A DNA stretch of 52,953 nucleotides from Hyphomicrobiaceae bacterium (GCA_046713545.1 JBKKCB010000297.1:1-52953), one strand, 5' to 3'; counted from the first letter of the stretch, positions 1-9,172 are shown. Program-made: numbers and translations. The notes: generated from the letters alone by a model not told the origin.

Positions 1-377
1 TCGAGACCAAGCTCTATCAGGATCGGGTGGCGGCCGGCGACTTCGATGTGGCGGTCGAATTCCAGGCCGACTTCATGGATGATCCGACGGCGCAGTTCTC
101 GAAGTTCCTGACCAAGAAATCGTCGCCAAGCGGCTACTCCGGGCACACGGACGCAAAAATCGACGACATGTACGTGCAGCAGCGCCGCACGGCGGATGTC
201 GCCGAACGCACGAAAATCGTTCGTGAGATGGAGCGCTACTCGCTGGAGAAAGCCTACAGCGTTCCGCTCCTGTGGTGGCAGCGGATCATCATCAACCATA
301 AGAAGATCAAAGGGTGGAACATGACGCCCAGCCACTACCTGGATCAGGATCTGGTCAATGTGTGGCTGGATGAGTGA
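1..377 (+). CDS. ABC transporter substrate-binding protein (SBP), family 5 (peptide/nickel type); C-terminal fragment, gene starts upstream of the window
   Basis: Frame 3 is open from base 3. The translation (ETKLYQDRVAAGDFDVAVEFQADFMDDPTAQF...PLLWWQRIIINHKKIKGWNMTPSHYLDQDLVNVWLDE) aligns with the C-termini of the two complete SBPs at 449-2032 and 2097-3677. Confidence 0.85.
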   Translation, partial: ETKLYQDRVAAGDFDVAVEFQADFMDDPTAQFSKFLTKKSSPSGYSGHTDAKIDDMYVQQRRTADVAERTKIVREMERYSLEKAYSVPLLWWQRIIINHKKIKGWNMTPSHYLDQDLVNVWLDE

Positions 378-448
378 GCGTCGGGCCGTAGCATAGTTAG
401 GCGTGCGGGAACCAACCCGCACGCACAAATCAAAATGAGGAGGAAATA

Positions 449-2032
449 ATGCAGTCCAGGATTGCTTGGTCCCTTGCCGCGCTCGTCGCGGCGACGGCGT
501 TTGCCTCGCCAACCCTTGCGCAGACACCCAAGAAGGGTGGCATACTGAGCTTTGCCGTCGTGGCCGAGCCACCGACGACGGATTGTCACGCGACCACGAC
601 CTTCGCCATGGTGCATCCGGTGGCGCCGCAGTACTCGACGCTGCTGCAATTTACCGGTCCGCACGACAATCAGAAGATCGAAGGTGACCTGGCCGAGTCG
701 TGGGAGGTCTCCAAGGATGGCCTGACGTATACGTTCAAGCTGCGCCGCGGCGTGAAATTCCATGACGGCTCGGATTTTACCGCCGAGGACATCAAGGCGA
801 CCTACGAGCGCATCGTCAACCCCGTGGAGGGGGTGATTTCGGCCCGCAAGGCCCAGCATCAGGACATCGCGTCGATCGAGACGCCGGACCCCTACACGGT
901 CGTCTTCAAGCTGAGCCAGGTGAACATGTCGATGCTGTTGCACTTCGCATCGCCGTTCAACTGCGTCTACAGCGCCGCCAAGTTGAAGCAGAACGCCAAG
1001 TACCCAGAGACCGAGGTCATGGGCACGGGCGCCTTCAAGTTCGTGGAGTATATCAAGGGGGCGACTTGGTCTGGTGAGCGCTTCAAGGATTACTTTTTGA
1101 AGGACCGTCCGTATCTGGACGGCTTCAAGGCCATCTTCGTGCGCGGCAATGTCGTCGTGAACGGCCTGCGCGGCGGCCAGTATGACGCGGAATTCCGCGG
1201 CCGCACACCGCAGGAGCGCGATCAGCTCGTCGCGGCCATGAAGGATGGCGTCACGGTGCAGGAGGGCCCCTGGGTCACCAACATCCTGCTGACGTTCAAC
1301 GTCGAGAAGAAGCCTTTCGATGACATCCGCGTCCGCCAGGCGCTGACGCTGGCGATCGATCGCTGGGGCGGCGGGGAGGCGCTCGGCAAGGTTTCGCTCA
1401 TCAAAGGAGTGAGCGGGGCATTCCGGCCCGGCGCATCCTGGTCGCTCCCCGTGAGCGAACTCGAGAAGCTGCCTGGCTTCGGGCGTGACATCAACAAGTC
1501 GCGCGAGGAAGCCAAGCGCCTCCTTCAGGAGGCCGGCCACCCCAATCTGAAGGTCAAGCTGGTCAACCGCACCATCGACCAGCCCTTTACGCCGGCCGGC
1601 ATCTACGCGGTCGACCAGTGGAAGCGTATCGGTGTCGAGACCGAGCATTCTCAGGTTGAGACCAAGCTCTGGTACGATGCCATGAACAACGGCACGTTCG
1701 ACGTGGTGGTTCAGAACATTTCCGACTTCGCCGACGATCCGACGGCGCAGTTCAACACCCTGCTCAGCACCAAGGTGTCGGGGATTGCCTACTCGCGGCA
1801 TACCGATACCAAGCTCGACGACATGTTCGCGCTTCAGTCGAAGACGGTGGATCCCGCCGAGCGCATGAAGATCGTCAACGATTTCGAGCGGTATGCCTTG
1901 ACGCAGGCCTACAATATCCCCCTGCTCTGGTATCAGCGCATCGTCGTGAACAACAAGAAGGTCAAGGGCTGGGATTTGCCGACCAGCCATTTCCAGAATC
2001 AGAACCTGGTCAACGTCTGGCTCGACCAGTAG
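449..2032 (+). CDS. ABC transporter substrate-binding protein, family 5 (DppA/OppA-like), secreted
   Basis: 527 aa. SD GAGGAGGA lies before the ATG. Signal peptide MQSRIAWSLAALVAATAFASPTLAQ. Family-5 SBP-like sequence throughout. Paralogue of 2097-3677. Confidence 0.9.
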   Translation: MQSRIAWSLAALVAATAFASPTLAQTPKKGGILSFAVVAEPPTTDCHATTTFAMVHPVAPQYSTLLQFTGPHDNQKIEGDLAESWEVSKDGLTYTFKLRRGVKFHDGSDFTAEDIKATYERIVNPVEGVISARKAQHQDIASIETPDPYTVVFKLSQVNMSMLLHFASPFNCVYSAAKLKQNAKYPETEVMGTGAFKFVEYIKGATWSGERFKDYFLKDRPYLDGFKAIFVRGNVVVNGLRGGQYDAEFRGRTPQERDQLVAAMKDGVTVQEGPWVTNILLTFNVEKKPFDDIRVRQALTLAIDRWGGGEALGKVSLIKGVSGAFRPGASWSLPVSELEKLPGFGRDINKSREEAKRLLQEAGHPNLKVKLVNRTIDQPFTPAGIYAVDQWKRIGVETEHSQVETKLWYDAMNNGTFDVVVQNISDFADDPTAQFNTLLSTKVSGIAYSRHTDTKLDDMFALQSKTVDPAERMKIVNDFERYALTQAYNIPLLWYQRIVVNNKKVKGWDLPTSHFQNQNLVNVWLDQ

Positions 2033-2096
2033 CTAGAAAGCATGCATCCGCACCGGCTGTGCGGATGTATGCCGTATTCGATAGGACGCATGGAAA

Positions 2097-3677
2097 ATGC
2101 AACTGTTACGTAAGCTGGCTGTGGTCGTCGGTGCTCTGACTTTGACTTGGGGCATGGCTCATGCGCAGTCGCCCAAGAAGGGTGGCACGTTGAACTTCGC
2201 CGTTGTGGCCGAGCCGCCCACGCTGGACTGTCACGGGGTGTCGACCTTCGCGTTTGCCCATCCGGGCCGTCCGCACTATTCGACGCTGCTCAAGTTTTCT
2301 GGGCAGTACGACGTCATGAAGATCGTCGGTGATCTTACCGAGAGCTGGGAGATGTCTCCCGACGGACTCACCTACACGTTCAAGCTCTTCAAGGGCGTCA
2401 AATTCCACGACGGCGCGGAGTTGACCTCCGAGGACGTCAAGGCCAGCTACGACCGCATCGTCAACCCGCCCGAAGGCATCGTGTCCCTGCGCCGCTCGGC
2501 GCATGCCGACATCGGCAGCATCGAGACACCGGACCCTTACACCGTCGTCTTCAAAATGAAGCAGCCGAACGCGTCGATGCTGATCCACTTTGCGTCGCCT
2601 TGGAATTGTATCTATCGGGCCGCGAAGCTGAAGGAGGATCCCAAGTTTCCGGAAAAGACGATTCTTGGCACTGGGGCCTTCAAGTTCGTCGAGTATGTCA
2701 AGGGCTCGCATTGGGTCGGCGAACGCTTTGACGGCTACTTCCGCAAGGACAGGCCTTATCTCGACGGCTACAAGGCCTATTTCGTGAAATCGAACAACGT
2801 CGTCACTGGCATCGTGGGCAGCCAGTTCGACGCCGAGTTTCGCGGCCGTACGCCCAAGGAGCGCGATCAGATCGTCGAGGGCCTCAAGGGCAATGCCAAT
2901 GTCATCGAGGGGCCCTGGGTCACCAACCTGCTTTTCACCGTCAATACGACCAGGAAGCCGTTCGACGATGTCCGCGTGCGGCAGGCACTGTCGCTGGCGA
3001 TCGATCGCTGGGGCGGCGGCGAGGCTCTCTCGAAGATCTCCGTCCTCAAGTACGTCAGCGGCCTGATGCGGCCGGGCTACGAAATGGCGCTGCCCGAGGC
3101 CGAACTCGTGAAGCTGCCCGGCTTCTCAAAGGACATCAACAAATCCCGCGAGGAGGCCAAGCGGCTGCTCAAGGAAGCCGGGGTCTCAAATCTCAAGATC
3201 AAGCTCGTCAACCGCGCCATCGGTGAGCCTTACACTGCCGGCGCGATCTACGTGATGGATCAGTGGAAGCGCATCGGGGTGGAAACCGAGCACAGCCAGA
3301 TCGAGACCAAGCTGTTCTTCGATGCCATGAAGGACGGGAATTTCGACGTCCTGGTCGAGTTCATCTCCGACTTCGCCGATGATCCTACCGCCCAGTTCGA
3401 CAAGGTCCTGACCAAGAAGAAGTCCTCCCAGGCGGCCAGTGGTCACACCGACGAGAAAGTCGACGAGCTGTTTGAGAAACAGGCCCGGGCGGTCGATCCG
3501 GCCGAGCGCAAGAAGATCGTCAATGAGCTGGAGCGCTATGCACTGACCCAGGCCTACTCGATCCCCTTGCTCTGGTGGCAGCGCATCATCGCCAACCACA
3601 AGAAGATCCAGGGCTGGGAAAACCAGGCCAATCACTTCACGGCAACAGATCTCGTCAACGTCTGGCTGGACGAGTAG
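2097..3677 (+). CDS. ABC transporter substrate-binding protein, family 5 (DppA/OppA-like), secreted; tandem paralogue
   Basis: 526 aa. Signal peptide ...LTLTWGMAHAQ. Collinear high similarity to 449-2032 (PKKGG.L.FAVVAEPPT.DCH, DPYTVVFK, GTGAFKFVEY.KG, PLLWWQRI). Confidence 0.9.
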   Translation: MQLLRKLAVVVGALTLTWGMAHAQSPKKGGTLNFAVVAEPPTLDCHGVSTFAFAHPGRPHYSTLLKFSGQYDVMKIVGDLTESWEMSPDGLTYTFKLFKGVKFHDGAELTSEDVKASYDRIVNPPEGIVSLRRSAHADIGSIETPDPYTVVFKMKQPNASMLIHFASPWNCIYRAAKLKEDPKFPEKTILGTGAFKFVEYVKGSHWVGERFDGYFRKDRPYLDGYKAYFVKSNNVVTGIVGSQFDAEFRGRTPKERDQIVEGLKGNANVIEGPWVTNLLFTVNTTRKPFDDVRVRQALSLAIDRWGGGEALSKISVLKYVSGLMRPGYEMALPEAELVKLPGFSKDINKSREEAKRLLKEAGVSNLKIKLVNRAIGEPYTAGAIYVMDQWKRIGVETEHSQIETKLFFDAMKDGNFDVLVEFISDFADDPTAQFDKVLTKKKSSQAASGHTDEKVDELFEKQARAVDPAERKKIVNELERYALTQAYSIPLLWWQRIIANHKKIQGWENQANHFTATDLVNVWLDE

Positions 3678-3740
3678 CATTCGCAAGCGTGACCGGGTGC
3701 CGACGGTGCCCGGTCCACCGAACCGCAGTGGTTGAACACA

Positions 3741-4694
3741 ATGCTGGGCTATATCATTCGCCGCCTCATCCTCGTCGTTCCGACGCTCGTCGGTGTGGCG
3801 GTGGCCGTCTTCTTTCTCATTCGCGTCATGCCAGGCGACGTCGTCGTGGTGAAGCTGCGCGCCGATGGGGCCCAGGTGACGGAGGAAACGATCCAGGCGG
3901 AGCGCAAACGGCTCGGTCTGGACAAGCCGCTCATCGTGCAGTTCACCGACTACATGATCGGATTGACCCGGCTAGATCTCGGCAAGTCGCTGTGGACCGG
4001 CCAGTCGGTATTCGAGGAGATCAGGATCCGTTTCCCGGTGTCGCTGCAGGTAGCCATCATGGCGACGCTCATCGCCATCTTCATCGCCATTCCGCTCGGA
4101 ACGCTCTCGGCCGTATACCGCGATACCTGGATCGACTACAGCGTGAGGGTGCTCGCTGTCTCGGGACTGGCGATCCCCTCGTTCTGGCTTGGCATGCTCA
4201 TGATTCTGGGCTTGCTGGCCTTCTTCAACTGGCTGCCGAAAATCGGCTATGTGTCGATTTTCGAGGATCCGGTGACCAACCTGTCTGCCCTGATCTGGCC
4301 GGCCCTGTCGGTGGGATATCGCTATGCCGCCGTTGCGACTCGCATGATGCGCTCAGCCCTGCTCGAGGTGATGCGTGAGGACTACATACGCACGGCCAAG
4401 GCCAAAGGCGTATATCAGAAGCTCATCATGCGGCGCCATGCATTGCGCAATGCCATGCTGCCCGTCGTGACGGTCATCGGCCTCGAGTTCGCCTTCCTGA
4501 TCGGCGGACTGGTCGTCACCGAGCAGGTGTTCAATCTCAACGGCATCGGCAAGCTGTTTGTCGATGCCACGGCGCGCGGTGACTTCACGCTCATTCAGGG
4601 GCTTGTGCTGCTGATCGCCGTGAACTTCATTCTCGTCAATCTGGTGGTCGATCTGCTGTATGCGTGGCTCGATCCCAGAATTCGCCTCTCCTGA
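3741..4694 (+). CDS. ABC transporter permease (DppB/OppB-like)
   Basis: The track ORF starts at TTG 3732. The ATG at 3741 gives MLGYIIRRL..., the typical DppB-type N-terminus. Multiple TM segments and a binding-protein-dependent transport signature region (RTAKAKG...RHALRNA). Confidence 0.9.
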   Translation: MLGYIIRRLILVVPTLVGVAVAVFFLIRVMPGDVVVVKLRADGAQVTEETIQAERKRLGLDKPLIVQFTDYMIGLTRLDLGKSLWTGQSVFEEIRIRFPVSLQVAIMATLIAIFIAIPLGTLSAVYRDTWIDYSVRVLAVSGLAIPSFWLGMLMILGLLAFFNWLPKIGYVSIFEDPVTNLSALIWPALSVGYRYAAVATRMMRSALLEVMREDYIRTAKAKGVYQKLIMRRHALRNAMLPVVTVIGLEFAFLIGGLVVTEQVFNLNGIGKLFVDATARGDFTLIQGLVLLIAVNFILVNLVVDLLYAWLDPRIRLS

Positions 4695-4709
4695 AGACGG
4701 AGCCGTCCC

Positions 4710-5609
4710 ATGGCCGACGTCGCAACTGTCCGTATCCCCGCCGATGCAATCCCGCATCGTCCCAATCCCGTGTGGACGTTCATCCGCAAGGAACCGCTGG
4801 GCTTTGCCGGGTTCCTGATCATCCTCATGTACTTCGTGTTCGCGCTGGGTGCCGTCTGGATCGCGCCTTACGATCCCGAAGCGGTGGATTTCACGGCGAT
4901 GCTGGCCGCGCCCGGCGCCGATCACCTGTTCGGCACCGATCAGTATGGCCGCGACGTTTTCTCACGCCTCGTCTACGGCGCACGTACGGCTCTTGGCGTC
5001 GGCATATTGTCCGCTTTTGCCGGCTGTACGCTGGGCGCGCTGATCGGCGCCGCTTCAGGCTATTTCGGCGGCCGCATCGACAACCTGATTCAGCGCGTCG
5101 TCGATATCATGCTGGCCTTCCCGATCATCGTCCTCGCCATGGTCGTGGTAGCCGTGCTCGGCAAGCGCGTGGTCTTCGGCATCGACGTCAATCTCATCGC
5201 CGCCATTGCCCTGCCGATGATTCCGAAGATGGCGCGTATCGCGCGTTCCTCGACGCTGTCGATTGCGCAAATGCCGTTCATCGATGCCGCTCGCGCGGCC
5301 GGCTACGGGCACACGCGCATCGTGCTGCGTCACATCGTGCCGAACATCATTGCGCCCTACCTGATCATGGTCACGGCCTTCATCGCCCAGGCCATCCTGC
5401 TCGAGGCCAGCCTGTCGTTCCTCGGGCTCGGCGTGACGGAACCCACGCCCGCCTGGGGGCTCATGCTGTCGGGCACGTCAGCGGATTTCTATAAGGCAGC
5501 GCCCTGGATGATCCTCTTTCCGGGGCTGGCAATCACCCTGGCGGTTTTTGCGTTCAATCTTTTCGGTGACAGCCTGCGCGACTGGCTGGACCCCAAGATG
5601 AAGGGCTGA
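4710..5609 (+). CDS. ABC transporter permease (DppC/OppC-like)
   Basis: 299 aa, 15 nt after the previous permease. DppC-like features (HLFGTDQYGRDVFSRLVYGART, FIDAARAAGYGHTRIVLRHIVPN). Confidence 0.9.
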   Translation: MADVATVRIPADAIPHRPNPVWTFIRKEPLGFAGFLIILMYFVFALGAVWIAPYDPEAVDFTAMLAAPGADHLFGTDQYGRDVFSRLVYGARTALGVGILSAFAGCTLGALIGAASGYFGGRIDNLIQRVVDIMLAFPIIVLAMVVVAVLGKRVVFGIDVNLIAAIALPMIPKMARIARSSTLSIAQMPFIDAARAAGYGHTRIVLRHIVPNIIAPYLIMVTAFIAQAILLEASLSFLGLGVTEPTPAWGLMLSGTSADFYKAAPWMILFPGLAITLAVFAFNLFGDSLRDWLDPKMKG

Positions 5610-5616
5610 CAAGCAA

Positions 5617-5646
5617 CAAGGGAGTTCGCAATTGCAAACTCCCTTG
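5617..5646. terminator. Hairpin between convergent genes; likely bidirectional terminator
   Basis: CAAGGGAGTT-cgcaattgca-AACTCCCTTG is a perfect 10-bp stem. It lies in the 50-nt gap between the permease stop (5609) and the stop of the minus-strand gene (5660). There is no long T-run. Confidence 0.55.
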
Positions 5647-5659
5647 CGCCCGACCGCGG

Positions 5660-5896
5660 CTACTGCTTCTTGCAAGCTTCGTTGAATTCAGCCTGGGTCC
5701 ACCGTGCGCCGGACTGATAGCCCTTGGCGCAATCCTGTGGGGTTGGTTTCGCTGCTGCATCCTTGCCGGTGCTCGTGCCGCCCGGACCGGATGGCGTTCC
5801 GCCGCCGCCCCCACCGGAACCTCCGCCTGAGCCCTGCGCCAGCGCGCCGCCAGTGGCGAGCACCATGGCCAATGCAAATGCGCTCAACGTTTTCAT
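5660..5896 (-). CDS. Small secreted glycine-rich protein, function unknown
   Basis: The internal ATG at 5896 is preceded by GGAGAGGAACAT. It gives 78 aa: signal peptide MKTLSAFALAMVLATGGALAQ, a Gly/Ser/Pro-rich linker, and a C-terminal two-Cys module (DCAKGYQSGARWTQAEFNEACKKQ). Confidence 0.6.
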   Translation of the reverse strand: MKTLSAFALAMVLATGGALAQGSGGGSGGGGGGTPSGPGGTSTGKDAAAKPTPQDCAKGYQSGARWTQAEFNEACKKQ

Positions 5897-6008
5897 ATGT
5901 TCCTCTCCAAGTCTGCAGGCCTGCCTCAATGCAGGCTTGGAAAGCAAACGGAGAAGGCCGCAAATAGTTTCTCAAAACGTCTGATGCCTGCGCGGGGGTG
6001 GAACCCGA

Positions 6009-6512
6009 TCAGTCGTCCAAAGCGCGCTTCACTTCGAAAATTTCCATGATGCGTGCGCCCTTGTGGGGGCCGTCGCACACGAACTGCCACTTGCCTTCCG
6101 AGTACGTGTCGCAGAGCTTCACGCCCTTGATGAGGATCCAGTGACCTTCCTTGCCCTTGTGGATGGCAAGGATGTAGTGCGCCCAGGCGTTGCGCGGCTT
6201 CTGCATCCAGCTCCAGACCGTCGGTCGCTCCTTGCGCGCCATGCGCATGAAGCTCGCCTTCAAGTCCATGCGGTAGCCGAAGTGGGCGAGCGCCGAAGCC
6301 ACTTCCTCGGCGTATGTGCCCTTGATCACCGGTTTTCGCTCGGGCGGCAGGTCACGAAATGCGCGGATCTCGTCCTCGACCTTACTGATCGAGTAGCCGG
6401 TGATGGCCGACAGCACGACCGGCCCGCAGAACGCCACGCGTCCCGTGTCGTTGTTGGCTTCGTTGAGGCTGGAGGCCGGTCTGCCAAAATCGGAGTCGAA
6501 ATCAAGCGGCAT
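6009..6512 (-). CDS. Hypothetical protein; possible papain-fold (C39-like) cysteine peptidase domain, no signal peptide
   Basis: 167-aa ORF with protein-like composition. It has N-terminal FCGPVVLSAITG and, about 90 residues later, GHWILIKG followed by acidic residues. This spacing resembles the Cys...His arrangement of C39-like peptidases. Inference only. Confidence 0.55.
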   Translation of the reverse strand: MPLDFDSDFGRPASSLNEANNDTGRVAFCGPVVLSAITGYSISKVEDEIRAFRDLPPERKPVIKGTYAEEVASALAHFGYRMDLKASFMRMARKERPTVWSWMQKPRNAWAHYILAIHKGKEGHWILIKGVKLCDTYSEGKWQFVCDGPHKGARIMEIFEVKRALDD

Positions 6513-6664
6513 GGATCACTGCTGGATGATGGGTCTAGTTAATCAAATGTTTCACGTAGTCGTTAATGAAAGGTTGCCGGCCGGATCGCACGCCCTGCGC
6601 TGCGTTGACAGAGGCTGTTGCCGGTCTAGGCTTTGATACAATGGTGCGTATCGGGGGAGGGGAC

Positions 6665-7552
6665 ATGACGTTTCAGGCTATAGCGGTCACGGGCGGAACG
6701 GGACTGCTCGGCAGCCATGTGATGCGGCGCCTTCACGGGCGTGCGGCACTGACCGCCGTTGACATCAAGCCGCCGCATGAGAGCGATCGCACGCTTGGCA
6801 CATTCGTCGAAGCCAGCATCACCGACTACGACGCCATGTGCGCGGCCTTCGCCGGCAAGGATGCAGTCATACACCTGGCTGCCATCCCCAATCCGCGCGA
6901 AGCCGCGGCCGGCGTCACCTTCAACACGAACGTCCAGGGCGCATGGACGGTCCTGCAGGCTGCGGAAGATGCCGGCGTGCGTCGTGTCGTCGTCGCCTCG
7001 AGCGACAGTGTCTTCGGCTTCTCGTTCAACCCGCCGGACTGGCCGCCACAGTTCCTTCCCGTCGACGAGACCCATCCTGTCCGCCCGACGGAATTCTACT
7101 CGCTGAGCAAGAAAGTCACCGAGGCGATCGCTGAGAGCTATGCCGCCCGCAAGACGCTCGAAGTCCTGGCGATCCGTCCCTCGCACATCGTCTTTCCGCG
7201 CGGCTATCCCGAGATCGGCAAGCGCGGCGCGGACGTGCAGAACTATCATTTCTGGGCCTGGGTCGCGCCCGAGGACGTCGCCCAGGGTTTCGACCGGGCC
7301 CTCAACATGGCGGACTATCGCGGCTACGACGTGTTCACGATCGCCGCGGCCGACGGCATGAACAGCCGGCCGACGCTGGAGATGGCGCAGGAGCGTTGGA
7401 CCATCATGCCCACCGTTCGCCGTTCGCAGATCTACCGCGACAATCCCACCGCTTCCGTTCTCGACATCACCAAGGCCCGTGAAAAGCTCGGCTATGATCC
7501 CGCGATCGATCGCGCGGGCTTGTTGGCCAAGGCCCGGGCGTCTGGTGCCTGA
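6665..7552 (+). CDS. NAD-dependent epimerase/dehydratase family protein (extended SDR)
   Basis: The ATG at 6665 is preceded by GGGGGAGGGG. N-terminal Rossmann motif VTGGTGLLGSHV. YSLSK matches the YxxxK catalytic motif. Confidence 0.85.
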   Translation: MTFQAIAVTGGTGLLGSHVMRRLHGRAALTAVDIKPPHESDRTLGTFVEASITDYDAMCAAFAGKDAVIHLAAIPNPREAAAGVTFNTNVQGAWTVLQAAEDAGVRRVVVASSDSVFGFSFNPPDWPPQFLPVDETHPVRPTEFYSLSKKVTEAIAESYAARKTLEVLAIRPSHIVFPRGYPEIGKRGADVQNYHFWAWVAPEDVAQGFDRALNMADYRGYDVFTIAAADGMNSRPTLEMAQERWTIMPTVRRSQIYRDNPTASVLDITKAREKLGYDPAIDRAGLLAKARASGA

Positions 7553-7982
7553 GAGGAGGTTGCATGGAGCCTGGCCACGCGCATCGGCATGCCGCGCCGG
7601 CCAGGCATTCTCACAGGCATGCGCATGGGTACGCTCCGGGGCCTCGACATCGTTGCGCGTGCACAAACAGCGTAGAGGTTGACTGTGACGGGAATGGCGC
7701 GTGATCTAGGGGGAACTGCAGTAGGAGAGCCTGGATCAGGCGTCCGATCCAAATTCGTGGCCATCGTAAGGCTGCCTGGCAAATATCCTCCTTGCATTCT
7801 CTTCGGGCATGATCCATATGGCCCATAGCCGGTGTACTCCACGCGGGAGTGCGCCCTCAAGATTTACGGTTTGCTTGCTTGCCCTGATGGGCGGTCTGCC
7901 TTTCCGATGTCTGAGTTGCCGGGCTGTGCGTGCAGCCCACTTTGACCGGCCTAACCACGCAGATACGGAAAGGACTACCCAC

Positions 7983-8195
7983 ATGCGCGTCACCGGAACG
8001 GTGAAATTCTTCAATGGTCAGAAGGGCTACGGCTTCATTTCTCCGGCCGACGGCTCCAAGGACGTGTTCGTCCATGCGACCGCGCTCGAGGCCGCTGGCA
8101 TTCGCTCGCTGAACGAAGGCGACAAGGTCAGCTTCGTGCTTGAAGACGACCGCAAGGGTCGCGGCAAGCAGGCTGGCCAGATCGAGCTCAGCTAA
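7983..8195 (+). CDS. cspA: Cold-shock protein (CspA family)
   Basis: The ATG at 7983 follows GGAAAGGA. The 70-aa product MRVTGTVKFFNGQKGYGFISPADGSKDVFVHATALE carries the RNP1/RNP2 cold-shock motifs. A long upstream untranslated region is typical for csp genes. Confidence 0.95.
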   Translation: MRVTGTVKFFNGQKGYGFISPADGSKDVFVHATALEAAGIRSLNEGDKVSFVLEDDRKGRGKQAGQIELS

Positions 8196-8227
8196 CAAGC
8201 AGCCATAACGGCTGATTGAGACCATGG

Positions 8228-8265
8228 AACGCCTCGCACCAACGTGCGGGGCGTTTTGCTTTTTG
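8228..8265 (+). terminator. Rho-independent terminator of cspA
   Basis: AACGCCTCGCAC-caac-GTGCGGGGCGTT is followed by TTGCTTTTT, about 30 nt after the cspA stop. Confidence 0.8.
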
Positions 8266-8343
8266 GAGCAGGAACAATTTTTTCCTATAGCGCGCCGATC
8301 CATAGCTCTATGGGTCGTGTGGGCGAGGAGCGAAGACCGGTAG

Positions 8344-9096
8344 ATGGGCTCTTTCGAGGGCAAGACAGTTCTTGTTACTGGCGGCGGTTCCGGAATCGGC
8401 CGCGCGACCGCCCTTGCTTTCGCCCAACGCGGGGCGCACGTCACAATCTCGGGGCGCCGCGTGGATGAGGGTCGCCAGACCGTCGCGCTCATCGAGCAGG
8501 CCGGAGGGCAGGGCGCGTACATTCGAGCCGACGTCACCGATCCGAACGACCTCGCACACCTCCATCAACACATTGTCGACGCGCGCGGCCGGCTCGACAT
8601 TACCTTCAACAACGCCGGTTTCCAGGAGCCCAGGGCGCTGCTGGCAGAGCAAGACCCGTCCCTCTATGCCCACGTTTTCGACACCAACGTGCGTGCGGTT
8701 TATCTTGGGCTGCAGCATCAGATCGCGATCATGCTGAAGCAGGGCGGGGGCGCCATTGTCGTCAACACGTCCGTCAGTGGACTCAGGAATCCCAATCCCG
8801 GCCTTGCGCTCTACAGTGCCTCGAAGGCGGCGGCCATTGCCCTGGTGCGTGCCGCTGCCATGGAATACGCGGAGCACGGTATTCGCATCAATGCCGTGGC
8901 TCCCGGCCGGGTCGTGACTCCAATGATGCTGGGCTCCAAGATCATGGATATGCAGGCCGTTGCCGCAGGCCTGCCGCTGCGGCGCATGGGGCAGCCGGAG
9001 GAGGTCGCCGAGGCCGTCGTCTGGCTGGCCTCGGACGCTGCGTCGTTCGTGGTGGGGCACGTCCTGTGTACGGATGGCGGGTTCATGGCGATCTGA
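8344..9096 (+). CDS. SDR-family oxidoreductase (classical short-chain dehydrogenase)
   Basis: 250 aa. TGGGSGIGRA cofactor motif, NNAG, and YSASKAA (YxxxK). Confidence 0.9.
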   Translation: MGSFEGKTVLVTGGGSGIGRATALAFAQRGAHVTISGRRVDEGRQTVALIEQAGGQGAYIRADVTDPNDLAHLHQHIVDARGRLDITFNNAGFQEPRALLAEQDPSLYAHVFDTNVRAVYLGLQHQIAIMLKQGGGAIVVNTSVSGLRNPNPGLALYSASKAAAIALVRAAAMEYAEHGIRINAVAPGRVVTPMMLGSKIMDMQAVAAGLPLRRMGQPEEVAEAVVWLASDAASFVVGHVLCTDGGFMAI

Positions 9097-9172
9097 CGCC
9101 TGCCAGCTCTGCATTGCACCCTGCGCTGCTCTTGCTACTCTCGCGTCCTAGTCACGGAGGACCGAGGGGCAG

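Noticed and set aside
344-1990. 548-aa minus-strand ORF covering the whole first complete SBP gene
   Set aside because: It is antisense to a gene with clear family-5 SBP similarity. The translation is Arg/Leu/Gly/Asp/His-rich with no recognisable motifs. This is a typical shadow ORF in high-GC DNA.
3575-4378. 267-aa plus-strand ORF overlapping the SBP end and permease start in another frame
   Set aside because: It is out of frame with two well-supported genes and has an Arg/Gly/His-rich translation.
7705-7982. Promoter and cold-box elements in the long cspA upstream region
   Set aside because: A long 5' UTR is expected for csp genes. However, I could not identify -35/-10 hexamers with proper spacing or a cold-box sequence with confidence.
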